Of a stretch of DNA of 64,000 nt, positions 1 through 12,104 are shown one piece after another (within the stretch, counting starts at the first letter, position 1; every line of letters begins with the position of its first letter). The position numbers and the translations under genes are program-made. The DNA is from Mobula hypostoma (Eukaryota): contig NC_086097.1 in assembly GCF_963921235.1 (NCBI RefSeq), positions 121,026,001 through 121,090,000 on the forward strand, given 5' to 3'. The notes beneath the pieces were generated by a model. That model was not told the DNA's origin, searched no databases, and saw nothing but the letters and a program-made list of their open reading frames with translations.

Positions 1-267
1 GAATCAACACTTCTACCCACTAACCAGACCACCAAATCCCGCACCACCACTTAATCATTTCCTGTCAGAGTCATCTTATGTACAGATACTCCTGTACCTT
101 TACAATTTACAATTAACCCATGCATTTAATCTATCAAATACATTTATATTTACGTGTTCTTTATCTTCTTGTGGGTTTTTTGTGCTGCTTCTGATCTGGA
201 CTAACAATTATTTCATTCTCCTTTACACTTGTGTATCGGAAATGACGTTAAACAATCTTGAATCTTG
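1..267 (+). mobile_element. 3' end of non-LTR retrotransposon (Rex1/Babar-type tail)
   Basis: T-rich 3'UTR-like tract ending in ...ttaaacaatcttgaatcttg tandem tail; truncated by window edge. Confidence 0.45.
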
Positions 268-550
268 TGTCTTGAATTTTTGGTGACTTTAGATATGAAA
301 GCGACAACAGAGGAGGAGAGTGACAGGGTTGTCTCTTGTCTTTGGATGATAATGTTGCTGGTGTATCCAAGTTTCCTGTGGTTTGCACTGTTCCTCCTGT
401 GATTGTTCCTGAGTGCCTGATACATGAATCTTAAGCAAAATGTCAATTAATATTTCATTAGTTCTCTTCTTCTTCATCCAGGTCTGAAAATCAAATTGTG
501 GCTTTTAGTCCATGTAGTCCTGTAGTCCTGTTGGGATTATTGTGTCAATA

Positions 551-806
551 CTACCATCAGGGAGGAGGCATATCCGTATTTTCGGAACAGCTTCTTCCCC
601 TCGATATCAAGTTTCTGAACAGACACTAAACTAGCCAATGAACACTAACTCACTGTGTTTTGGCTCTCCTTTTGCACTACCTATTTAATTTAATTCTTCT
701 ACTGTATATTTCTTATTTGTAATTTATATTATCATGTATGGTAATGTACTGCTGCCACAAAAAAGTTTCATGACATATGCCAGTGATATTAAACCTGATT
801 CTGATT
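551..806 (+). mobile_element. Rex1/Babar-type LINE 3' fragment
   Basis: taccatcagggaggag...aacagcttcttccc (LPSGRR...NSFFP-type C-terminus) and aaacctgattctgatt tail shared with copies at 44128-44392 and 58520-58857. Confidence 0.6.
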
Positions 807-1113
807 GTTTTTGAAGATTGTTATTGCCTTCTCGGTGCAGTAAAACACCTTCAAAAGCATCTTTGTGTTGAGTTATTTCTTCATGGTGATGCCGACATCT
901 TGCTCTTCCAAGAACTTCTTTTGCTTGAGTTCCAACAGATCTTCCATCTGTGAGCTGATCACCTTGCAATTCCACACCATCCTGCTCTACTTCGTCAAAT
1001 CAAATCTCATTACCAACTTAAAGACAGCATGGAGACATGAACCCAAAGAAGTCTTGTATGCACTCTGCCCATTAATTCCACCATACACCATTCATTGTAT
1101 GCTGTCTTAGATT

Positions 1114-1350
1114 ATACACTCAGAAGGCACTTCATTAGGTACCAACAATTACCGTGGCACCAATAGTCATTCCACAGTCAGTCACTTAGATCATATTTCT
1201 TCCCCATTCTGATGTTTTGGTCTGAACAAGTGATCCTCTTGGTAATGTCTGTGTACTTTTATGCATTGAGTTGCCACCATATGATTGGCTGATTAGATTT
1301 TTGCATTAATGAGGTGTACAGGTATACTTAATGAAGTGGCTTCTGAGTTA
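1114..1350. mobile_element. Tc1-like deletion derivative
   Basis: Degenerate TIRs tacactcagaaggcacttcattaggtac / gtatacttaatgaagtggcttctgagt; interior matches the Tc1 copies at 33703 and 51238. Confidence 0.65.
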
Positions 1351-1405
1351 GAATTAAAGTACTTTCTAAATGGTGAGAAACCAGTAGCAATAGAGTCTGT
1401 ATGAA

Positions 1406-4400
1406 TAGAACATAGAATAGTACAGCACAGTACAGGCCCTTCGGCCCACAATGTTGTGCCGACCCTTAAACCCTGCCTCTCATTTAACCCCCCCACCTTA
1501 AATTCCTCCATCCACGTGTCTAGTTGTCTTTTAAATTTCACTAGTGTATCTGCCTCCACCACTGACTCAGGCAGTGCATTCCACGCACCAACCACTCACT
1601 GAGTGAAAAACCTTCCCCTAATATCCCCCTTGAACTTCCCACCCCTTACTTTAAAGCCATGTCCTCTTGTATTGAGCAGTGATGCCCTGGGGAAGAGGCT
1701 CTGGCTGTCAACTCTATCTATTCCTCTTAATATCTTGTATACCTCTATCATGTCTCCTCTCATCCTCCTTCTCTCCAGAGAGGAAAGCCCTAGTTCCCTT
1801 AATCTCTGATCATAATGTACAAACGTTTGTATATTCTCTAAACCAGGCAGCATCCTGGTAAATTTAATCTGTACCCTTTCCAATGCTTCCACATCCTTCC
1901 TATAGTGAGGCGACCAGAACTGGACACAGTACTCTAAGTGTGACCTAACCAGAGTTTTACAGAGCTGCATCATTACCTCGCGACTCTTAAACTCTATCCC
2001 TCAACTTATGTAACCGGGTGACCATCGGATCTAATTCAGTATCGTTAAAAGTGTACTTAGGCATCCATCCGGGTAATGCTAGAATAGTTGTCTGTGCCTT
2101 TAAGGGAGACGGTGATGTCATTACGCACGCGCAGATAGTGGGGAGACCATTTTGCTTTCTGCTGAAGACGCTGGTGGGGTGTTGGAATCTGGTCTCTCCC
2201 AGAGAGTGCTGGGCATGGTGAGGAAAGGTGAGCATTAATTGACAATATCCATGTGAATTCATTTATTCTTGCTGACGAATTGAGAATATCGGTAGTTTGA
2301 CATGTTTTACACGTGGATGCTTTAGATTTTCTCGAGTGAATGACTCAACGCTGGATCGCGTGGCTTGGGCAAAGTTCCTCACCAGCCAAGTAGATCAGGC
2401 TTCCTGTAATTTAACTACCAGCCAATACCTTGTAAAAGTTGTGCCAACATGTACCTTTTGTCTACCTTTATTGTATCAGACTGATTGTGCATGTAACCGT
2501 GTAGCGTGAATGTTTAGTCTCTGTTCAGGAGTCAGCATGTGTGTACGTCTTAGATGAGATGTATTCGCTTATATTTTTCACTGTTATGTATAAAATGCAG
2601 GGTGGGTGGGATTCTAATGTTGTTTGTATTGTGTTCCTTCAGGATTGCCACTACCATATTTGTACCGTATTAGTACCATATCAGTTCTGTTATTTTTATA
2701 TTATACTGCATACAAAAATCAGAGACCCTCTGAACTGACTTGGAATTAACCCCACTCCTGGTACCAGATTTTGTAGTACACACTCAGGACAACAAAGACT
2801 TTTTTGGGTTTTAATTCCTTTATCTGTTTTAGATGTTTAAGTGCCAGAAGAGGGTCGCAAAACAAAATGAACGAATTTACAACCAGTTCTTGCCATTACA
2901 ATCTCAGTTTAACTTCGATCCACACCCTCGTGTATGGACAGAATTGAGTATGCAGTATTAAAAAATAACAGAACTAATATGGTACAAATATGGTACAAAT
3001 ATGGTAGTGGCAATCCTGAAGGAACACAATACAAACAACTTTAGAATCCCACTCACCCTGCATCTTATACATAACAGTGAAAAATGTAAGCAAATACATC
3101 TCATCTAAGACGTACACACGTGTTGAACTCCTGAACAGAGACTAAACATTCACGCTACACGGTTACATGCACAATCAGTCTGATACAATAAAGTTAGACA
3201 AAAGGTACACTTTGGCACAACCTTTACAAGGTATTGGCTGGTAGTTACATTACGGGAAGCCTGACCTACTTGGCTGGTGAGGAACTTTGCCCAAGCCACA
3301 CAATCCAGCGTTGAGTCATTCACTCGAGAAAATCTAAAGCATCCACGTGTAAAACATGTCAAACTACCGATATTCTCAATTCGCCAGCAAGAATAAATGA
3401 ATTCACATGGATATCGTCAATTAATGTTCACCTTTCCTCACCATGCCCAGCACTCTCTGGGAAAGACCAGATTCCAACGCCCTACCAGCGTCTTCAGCAG
3501 AAAGCAAAATGGTCTTCCCACTATCCCGTGCGTGCGTAATGACATCACCGTCTCCCTTAAAGGCACAGACAACTATTCTAGCATTACCCGGATGGATGCC
3601 TAAGTACACTTTTAACGATACTGAATTAGATCCGACGGTCAACCAGTTACACTTATGAAAGCTAACACTCCATAAGCTTTCTTAACTACCCTATCTACCT
3701 GTGAAGCAACTTTCAGGGATCTGTGGAATGTACTCCCAGATCCCTCTGCTCCTCCACACTACCAAGTATCCTGCCATTTACTTTGGAGTCTGTCCTTCCA
3801 AAGTGTACCACCTCACACTTCTCCGGGTTGAACTCCACCTGCCTCTTCTCAGCCCACTTCTGCAACCTATCAATGTCTCTCTGCAATCTTCGACAATCCT
3901 CTACACTATCCATAACACCACCAACCTTTGTGTTGTCTGCAAACTTGCCAACCCACCCTTCTACCCCCACATCCAGGTCGTTAATAAAAATCACAAAAAG
4001 TAGAGGTCCCAGAATAGATCTCTCTGGGACACCACTAGTCACAACCCTCCAATCTGAATGTACTCCCTCCACCACAACCCTCTTCTTTCTGCAGGCAAGC
4101 CAATTCTAAATCCACCTGGACAAACTGCCCTGGATCCCATGCCTTCTGACTTTCTGAATAAGCCTACCGTGTGGAACCTTATCAAATGCCTCACTAAAAT
4201 CCATATAGCTCACATCCACTGCACTACCCTCATCTATATGCCTGGTCACCTCCTCAAAGAACTCTATCAGGCTTGTTAGACACGATCTGCCCTTCACAAA
4301 GCCATGCTGACTGTCCCTGATCAGACCATGATTCTCTAAATGCCCATAGATCCTATCTCTAAGAATCTTTTCCAATAGCTTTCCCACCACAGACACAAAC

Positions 4401-4762
4401 GTAATTCACACTGGTCTATAATTACCTGGACTACCCCTACTACCTTTTTTGAACAAGGAGACAACATTCGCTTCCCTCCAATCCTCTGGTACCATTCCCG
4501 TGGACAACGAGGACATAAAGATCCTAGCCAGAGGCTCAGCAATCTCTTCCCTCGCCTCGTGGAGCAGCCTGTGGAATATTCCGTCAGGCCCCAAGGAATT
4601 ATCCGTCCTAATGTATTTTAACAACTCCAACACCTCCTCTTCCTTAATATCAACATGCTCCAGAACATCAACCTCACTCATATTGTCCTCACCATCATCA
4701 AGTTCCCTCTCATTGGTGAATACCGAAGAGAAGTATTCATTGAGGACCTCGCTCACCTCCAC
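1406..4762 (-). mobile_element. 5'-truncated CR1 LINE (RT region), interrupted by the element at 2009-3651
   Basis: ORF fragments QHGFVKGRSCLT, SGVPERSILGP, KFADNTK, HLEYCVQFWSP; (ttcta/ttctatg) tail; 12-bp TSD AGTCTGTATGAA at 1394-1405 and 4763-4774. Confidence 0.95.
2009..3651. mobile_element. Non-autonomous foldback DNA element with ~700-bp terminal inverted repeats (Ginger-like termini)
   Basis: 2009-~2713 is the reverse complement of ~2948-3651; termini TGTAAC..GTTACA; CTTA duplicated at 2005-2008 and 3652-3655; CR1 host continues seamlessly across it. Superfamily assignment is inference. Confidence 0.85.
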
Positions 4763-4939
4763 AGTCTGTATGAACAGGACATTCAAATCTCATAAAGTAT
4801 AAAAACTGGATACAGAAAATAATCAAAAATTTAAAAATGCAAATGAATGGTGGACTTTATTATCTAGAGGTCAGGAATACAAACAAATAAAGTGTTTTCA
4901 TACTATTTACTTTGTACAGATCTTTATGTCTTTGTACTC

Positions 4940-6440
4940 TTGCTTTGCCTTGCCTTGAGCCCTTAACTCCTGGTGGAGTCATCAGGGTGCCGTCATGTCA
5001 AGCTTTGCACCAGTCTGTTCCATCTGTTGCGGTTGTGTGCCAGAGCCTGGGTCACCCTGTCCATTCACCCTGGTTTTCCCTGTCCATTCTTTAATGTTGT
5101 CCATCCATCTTCTCCTCTTCCTACCTCTCCTTCTATTCCCCTCCACAGTTCCTTGTAGAACAGTCTTTGCAAGGCCACTGGATCTTGTTACATGGCCATA
5201 CCATCTCAGCTTTCTTCTCTTCACAGTTGTGAGAAGGTCTTCATGGAGGCCAATGTGGTGCTGGATGGTCTTGCGGACCTGCTCATTTGTGGTGTGGTCC
5301 AAGTATGAGATACCCAAGATGTCGTGATAGCATCTCATTTCCAATGCCTGTATCTTCCTCTGTAGCTCGGCTGTGAGAGTCCATGTGAGGGAAGATGGAG
5401 AATACCAGTGCACACAGGAGTCTCATCTTGTACTTCATGGTGATGTTGCTGTCCCTCCATATTGTCTTGAGTATTGTCTGTGTGGTTCTTGCCAGGACTT
5501 CTGGTCTTGATCCTTCATCACTGATGATTGCCCCTAGGTATTTGAACTGCTACACTGTCTCAAGTTTCTGACCATGGACTGAGATGTCTGGTGTGATGGT
5601 ACCATTGGCATTTGCCATGAGCTTGGTTTTCTCGGCACTTATTTCCATTCCAAATTTTGTGGAGGCTCTGTCAAGATGGCTGACCAGGTTGGCCTGCTCG
5701 TCCTCTTTTCCTGCAAGTCCATCAATGTCGTCAGCAAATCTTAGGTTTGTGTGTTCCTCCCTCCGATGCTCTCTGTGCCCACGTGATCCTGAAGGGCAAC
5801 ATTCATGATTCGTTCCAGGAAGACGTTGAAGAGAGTGGGGGAGAGGAGGCAGCCCTGACGGACTCCTACAGAGGTATGCAACCACTCCACGATGGTGCCC
5901 TGAATGAGTACTGCACTGGTCGCATTGGTGTAAAGCTGATGGATTGTATGAATCAGCTTCTGCCCTATGTTAAATTTCTTCATGGTGGCCCATAAGGCAT
6001 CATGCCAGACTCTGTCAAATGCCTTCTTGAAGTCTATGAAGATGTGGTAGAACTCTCTCTGGTGCTGAAGGTGTTTCTCACAGAGGGTGCAGAGGTTGAA
6101 AATCTGCTCAATGGTGCTTACGGAAGCCTGCTTGTTCCTCGGCAATGATGTCTTCTGCCTGAGGTCTCAGTCTGTTCAAGATGATTCTGAGCATTACCTT
6201 GCTTACATAGCTGATCAAATTGATGGAACGGTAATTCTGGCAAAGTTAGAGATTCCCTTTCTTGGGAAGCACAATGATCAACGACTGAGTCCAAGGTGTC
6301 GGCCGATCTTATTGCAGATGGTGGTAAGTATGTCTATCATGGCCTCTCCTCCATGCTTCAGCAGTTCAGCAGGGATGTTGTCAACTCCTGTCGACTTCCC
6401 GCACTTCAGTGATCATATTGCGGCTTCAACTTCTTCACAC
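4940..6440 (-). mobile_element. RTE-clade LINE, 5'-truncated, frameshifted RT
   Basis: FIDFKKAFDRV, GVRQGCLLSPTLFN, LRFADDID, RKLRWYGHVTRSSGLAKTVLQGTVEG; (caagg)n tail. Confidence 0.92.
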
Positions 6441-6584
6441 GATTGGATAGTCATCCTCATTGGAAGATTCATGCACATTCAGCATGCTTGGGTCCCCTTT
6501 GCTCTGGTAGTTGTACAGCTCTGAACGCCTTTGTACTTTACTACTACAGAAAACAACAAATTTCACATCATATAAGACAGTAAC

Positions 6585-6900
6585 TTCACTTGCCTCATCA
6601 TTGAAATTTTCCCACAACCAATGGACTCTTTTTCAAGGACTCTTCATCTCATGTTCTTGATACTTATTGCTTATTTATTTATTGTTATTGTTTCTTTTTT
6701 ATATATTTGCTCAGTTTGTTGTCTTCTGCACTCTGGATGAACGCCCTAGTTGAGTGGTTTTTCATTGATCCTGTTATAGCTATTATTCTATAGACTTGTT
6801 GAGTATGCCCACAAGAAAATGAATCTCTGGGTTGTATATGGTGACGTATATGTACTTTGAGAATACATTTACCTTGGACTTTTAAATATGAACTTTGATA
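6585..6900 (+). mobile_element. Rex1/Babar-type 3'UTR fragment
   Basis: caagaaaatgaatctc..gggttgtatatggtgac..tgtactttga and actttga tail, shared with 47860-48295 and 50665-51006. Confidence 0.55.
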
Positions 6901-6976
6901 ATAAATCTGATTCTGAGCTCAGCTGGAATACAGAGGACAGTACTTGGCACAATAACTTGTGATACATTGGGATGCA

Positions 6977-7715
6977 AGGGCAGCACTGTAGTGCAGTAAT
7001 TAGCGTAGCACCCATGTTCATTTCATCCTCTGTCTGTAAGGAGTTTGCACTTTCTCCCCTAGATGCCATGGTTTTCTCTGGATACTCCAGTTTCCTTCCA
7101 CATTCCAAACATGAGCGGGTTAATAGGTTAATTGATCACATGGGTGTAATTACATAGAACACAGAACATAGAAATCCACAGCACATTACAGGCCCTTCGG
7201 CTCACAATGTTGTGCCGATCATGAAACCTACTCTAAAACTGCCTAGAATTACCCTACTACATAGCCCTCTATTATTCTAAGCTCCATGTACCTATCTAAG
7301 AGTCTCTTAAAAGACCCAGTTGGATCTGCCTCTACCACCGTTGTCGGGAGTACATTCCACGCACCCACCACTCTCTATGTGTAAAACTTACCCCTGACAT
7401 CCCCTCTGTACCTACTTCCAGGCACCTTAAAATTATCCTCACTCATGTTAGCCATTTCAGCCCCGGAAAAAAGCCCCTGGCTATCTACATGATCAATGCC
7501 TCTCATCATCTTATACACCTCTATCAGGTCACCTCTCATCCTCTATCACTCCAGGGAGAAAAAGGTCAAGTTCACTCAACCTATTCTCATAAGGCACACT
7601 CTCCAATCCAGGCAACATCCTTGTAATTGGTCTGTACAGGCTCATTTGGGCTGGAAGAGCCTGTTATTATGCTGTTTATCTAAATAAAACAAAAATAAAA
7701 TAAATAATAAAAAAA
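6977..7715 (+). mobile_element. V-SINE (HE1-type) split by a CR1 insertion
   Basis: V-domain-like gagtttgcac.ttctcccc...tactccagtttccttccaca; A-rich tail. Confidence 0.7.
7152..7621 (-). mobile_element. CR1 3' fragment
   Basis: Homologous to the 3' end of the CR1 at 1406; TSD TGTAATT at 7145-7151 and 7622-7628. Confidence 0.88.
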
Positions 7716-8177
7716 ATTAATGTGGGCAGTGCTGTTCTTTTCTTGACGATGGGTTTCTCAATGCCACTCAGCTCTGAAATGCCATGCTTCAATATAGGCT
7801 GTAGGTAACAGGCCTTGAACATTATGTTAGGACCCGGGTCCATGTGTCATAATAATAAAGCGATGTGAGCCGATAAATCCACAGACCAGATGTTAGTCAC
7901 TATCTTGATTTTAATGAGATGCTTAGTTATGCTGTCTATGATGAACAAAGCTCTGTTATTCACTTACCCCTTGCAATATTTTTCAAAGAAGTAGGAGAAA
8001 AAGGACATGATAAAGTTTTAAAGGAACACCACATATATTCTGGTTTGTTTGTTCAAGTCCAAGTTAAAATTTATTGTCATTCATCTGTATACATGTATAT
8101 CACCAAATGAAATAACGCTCCTCCGGACCAAGGTACACAACACAGTACATATAGCTCACACACAACACAAAAAGACT

Positions 8178-9075
8178 AGGGCCTTCTCCAAAGAATGGTG
8201 TTTCCCTTCCTCCACCATTGATGCTGCCCTCACCCGCCCTTCATTTCCCGAATATCCATGCTTACCCTATCTTCCCACTGCCATACCAGTGATGGAGTTC
8301 CTCTTGTCCTTACCCACATGCATCCACATCCAGCACATCATTCCCCACAACTTCTGCCATCTCCAAAGGGATCCTACCACCAAACATATCTTAACCTTCC
8401 CCTGCTTTTCACAGGGATCACTCCCTCCATGATCCCTTCGCTCATTTCTCTCTACCCACTGATCTCCCTTCTGGCACTTAACCCTGCAAGCAGCCAAGTG
8501 CTGCACCTGCCCATTCACCTGCTTCCTCACCTCCACTCACGGCCACAGACAGTTCTTTCAAGTGAGACAACACTTCAATTGTTAATCTACTGGGGTCATC
8601 TATTGTGTCCGGTGCTCCTGATATGTCCTTCCCAACATTGGTGAGACCCATCGGAAGATGAGACCACTCTCAGGATGGAGAAGCAACACTTTATATTCCA
8701 TCCTGGTAACCTCCAACCTGATGGCATAAATATCAGTTTCTCCATCCGGTAAAGATATTTTTCCCTCTCTCTCCCCTCTTCTTCTATTCCCCTCTCACCT
8801 GCCTATCACCTCCCCATGAGTCCCATTCTCTTTTCCTTTCTCATATGATCCACTCTCCTCTCTTATCAGATTCCTTCCTCTTCAGCCTTTTACCTTTCAT
8901 ATCCACCTGGCTTCACCTATCATCTTCTAGCTATCCTCCTTCCCCTCGCCCCACTTTTTTATTTTGGAATCATCCCCCTTACTTTCCAGTCCTGAGGAAG
9001 GGTCTCAGCCCAGAAGATCGACTCTTTATTCATTTCAATACCTACTGAGTTCCTCCAGCAATTTTTGTGTATTTC
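8178..9075 (+). mobile_element. Penelope-like element remnant (GIY-YIG region and terminal repeat), inside a minus-strand Rex-type fragment (~8050-9380)
   Basis: ggggtcatctattgtgtccggtgctcc...acattggtgagacc (VIYC.RC..IGET GIY-YIG motif); pyrimidine-rich 3' region; decayed hammerhead motif at 8987-9024. Confidence 0.75.
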
Positions 9076-9625
9076 AAAAAGTAATATTACCACAAATTAA
9101 TTAACAAACAATAAAATATTTTTCAGAAGATTGACATTTAGCTTAAGGTACATTTTAGAAACGAGATAAAAAGTAAGCAGTATAATGCCACTGGCTTCAT
9201 AAGTGATGAGACATGGCTGGTGGTAGGGAGTTCAGTAGTCTCATGGCCAGGGGAGAAAAGCAGATTCCCATCCTAACAGTCCTTGTTCTAATGCTACAGC
9301 ACCTTCTGCCTGATGGTAAGGGGTCATGGAGACAGTGGGATGGATGCAAGGACCAATCCTAAGGGCCCTCCATATGCACAATAGAATAATATACCAATAG
9401 AAGACTGGCCTTTGAGTTTCCCTTTGGAGCCCCTGGGTTTTCTGAGTAGTTGATTAAGAGAAGCTTCAGATTAAAGCCATTGCCTGTCCTGCCTCCACGG
9501 CAAAGTTCAGTGATAATAAACCTGATTCTGATCTTTAGCTGCCTTCACACTGAGAGAATTTCCCATCCTTCAACATGAACACATATGAGGGTATCCTTTT
9601 CAATGAGAATCTGATTCTATCCTCA

Positions 9626-10727
9626 TGTCATACGGAGGCGCGTTGGGAGCGGACCCAAATGCAAGGCACAGACACTGAAGTACTAGGAACAGGACTAGGT
9701 GTGTCAAGAAAGCAAGGGAAGTGGGAAGAAATGACGCTGGACAAGACACAGGCCCTGGACGAGACTAGGATGCAGGGCCTGGGCTAGGACTAGACTAGGA
9801 AAGCGGGACCTGGACGAGGTACTAGGAACTCGGAACCTGGACAAGGACTCCGAGCCAGAGACTGAACAGGGACCTGGGTTCGGACTCCGGATCTAGGCGA
9901 GGACAAGATGTGACAAGGCAACAGGACTGGATGTGAGACTCCTGGACAGGACGAGGGAACCCCAGCACGGGGCTGGGCGAGGTACATGGACAGGATGAGA
10001 ACACAAAGCCTTGACTTGGTCGAGGGAGACAGGAACGCAGAGCCTTGGTCGAGGGAGACAGGAATACAGAGCCTTGGTCGTGAGAGAACAGGAACATAGA
10101 ACACAGAGTCGGGACCCCTCCTAGGGAGCAGGACGTAGGGCCGGGACTCATACACAGAACACTGAGAGACAAATCTCCTCTCAAGGTAGCGGCAAACGGC
10201 CAGACCTACCCAGCGGAGGCGAGGGCACAAAGAGACGGTTCTCAACACAAGCTAGCAGCAAACGGCCGGACCTGCCTAGCGAAAGCATGGACACAGAGAC
10301 AGTTCTCAACTCAAGGTAATGGCAAACGGCTGGACCTACCTAGTGAAGGCGTGGACACAGAGACAGTTCTCAACTAAAGGTAGCAGAAACGACCGGACCT
10401 ACCTAGCAAAGGCGAGGACACAAAGAGACAGTTCCAAATAACGAAAGACAGTTCCTTATCTAGACACAGCAAGGGCCCAATCTTCCCTGGCGGTTGAACC
10501 TGACGGCATTACAGGTGAAGATAGTAGGTGAGGCTTCAGGCAAAGGTAGCAGGCGAGGTTTCAGGTGTGGCTTCAGAAGGAAGGGGAAGGGGACTGAAGC
10601 TGAACCCAGGAGCTGTTTATGTAGCCAGCCCAAAATTAGAATCAAGGGAAAACCAGAAAACCTGGAATAAGGATCGATGGACCGGTCCATGAACCGGAAT
10701 GCGGACTTCACGGACCGGACCATGACA
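9626..10727 (-). mobile_element. Solo LTR (probably Gypsy), 1102 bp
   Basis: TGTCA...TGACA ends; 5-bp TSD CCTCA at 9621-9625 and 10728-10732; minus-strand end ...tgcatttgggtcc typical of fish Gypsy LTRs. Confidence 0.85.
10181..10440. repeat. Tandem repeat, ~4 units of ~63-66 bp, inside the solo LTR (also ~28-bp repeats at 10005-10100)
   Basis: Recurrent caaggtagc.gcaaacggccggacctacctagcgaaggc..ggacac..agagacagttctcaac. Confidence 0.9.
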
Positions 10728-11275
10728 CCTCATTAACCATCCGATCAGGAAAGTGCTTTCCTGCTCGATCACTTACTTCAGCTCCCTGGAAAAATTTCTC
10801 TCAACATGGTGCCTACAGTTGCAGAACGTTCAGACTACCTATGATTGACTTCAAATGTATCAGCACTTTCAGAAAAAAATCCAACACTCTTAAGATCCTC
10901 ACCACAATGATCTAAGTTTCTTCTGAATTATTAAACTTTAGCTCTTAACTTTTGTTCTCATCTTTTAACTGCACATTGTAACTTTTCTTCCATTCCTTTC
11001 CTAAAAGGTTGGTACAATATCACGGGTCAAAGGGCCTATACTGCTCTATATTCTATTATGTCAGTGCTCTAAGACCCATTTCCATTGACATTACATTCAA
11101 TGAGACTAAATCTGCTCAGTTTCATAATCATGGGCTGCTGTGTCAGAGGGATTCTTTTGTGAATGAATCCACCAGAACGGGTCGACTTGTTATTCTATCT
11201 GGATGAACAGAACAGCACGTCCAGAGGGCCGGTACATTGTGTTCAGCTGGCCCATGAGTAGCCTCATAGAAGACT

Positions 11276-11583
11276 GGGGTGTCATGGTAATGTGGCGGTC
11301 ACTGTTATAGCTCGGGGGGTGGGGTGCGGCTGGGTTGGGTTTGGAGTTTGGATTTCAGTTCCGCGCGCTGCCTGTTCTGTTGTGAGTGTGTGGGTTTCCT
11401 GCAGATGCTCCCATTTCCTCCCACTGTTCGCAGACAAGCTGGTTAGTCAGTTAATTGGCCATTGTAAACTGTCCTGTGATTAGGCTAGTGTTAGATAGGT
11501 GGGTTGCTGGTGGTGCGCCTCATTGAGCCAGAAGGGCCTGTTCCGTGCAGTATCTCTAAAATACAGTAAATAATTAAAAATAA
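11276..11583 (+). mobile_element. V-SINE
   Basis: gtgtgggtttcctgcagatgctcccatttcctcccac V-domain-like core; gaagggcctgttccgtgc..tatctctaaa tail. Confidence 0.75.
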
Positions 11584-12104
11584 AGATTGGTGTGGCAATT
11601 CAAGGGCATGACCAGGAAGTAAACCTGAACTTTGAGAGATTTTTGAATGTCCGTTCCCTGGGGCTTACTTCCCAGAAATGTTGATTCAAACAGAAAGTGC
11701 GGCAAAGGAGAGCTCAGTGCGAGTGAAATACTGTCCTTTCGTCTAAAAGCCTTGAGATTCTGAAAGATACAATTTAATGAGCACCTTGTCAATTTCCCAT
11801 AGTTAAATTCAGTGTTCCAAGAATGCCTGGGTGTGTCCCTCTGCCTTATCTGTCTCCTGATCACTTCTATATTGTGGCCATTATTGTTTGACATGAGGGT
11901 GGCTTAAATGTTTCATTTTTTATACTTTTGGTTGTGTTCCATTTGGATGTTTCTTTAAATTTTTTTGACAATATTGGGTAATTTTATTATAAAGAAATTT
12001 AAAGCCCGTGTGTCATTCAGGAATCAAGTCTTCAAATCATAGAGAAGGTATACTGATTAGTTTGCTATAACACTATGCAGACCTTCAGCAGGATTTCCTG
12101 ATAG

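Noticed and set aside
860..980. Minus-strand reading MVWNCKVISSQMEDLLELKQKKFLEEQDVGITMKK looks protein-like
   Set aside because: It is only 35 codons, with a weak acceptor and no recognisable family; cannot be supported as CDS.
1987..3658. Mirror-image ORF pairs (e.g. 2297-2509 + and 3150-3362 -)
   Set aside because: They are a by-product of the inverted arms; short, frameshifted between arms, with no transposase motifs.
9790..10248. 152-aa and 120-aa ORFs
   Set aside because: They arise from GC-rich tandem repeats within the solo LTR.
10181..10440. Regularly spaced repeats resembling a CRISPR array
   Set aside because: The units are contiguous tandem copies without unique spacers, in a eukaryotic LTR context with no cas genes.
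10745..10770. GAAAGTGCTTTCCTG resembles a miR-427/430-type seed within a small palindrome
   Set aside because: The seed lies across a 2-nt-loop palindrome; there is no pre-miRNA-sized hairpin and no clustered copies.
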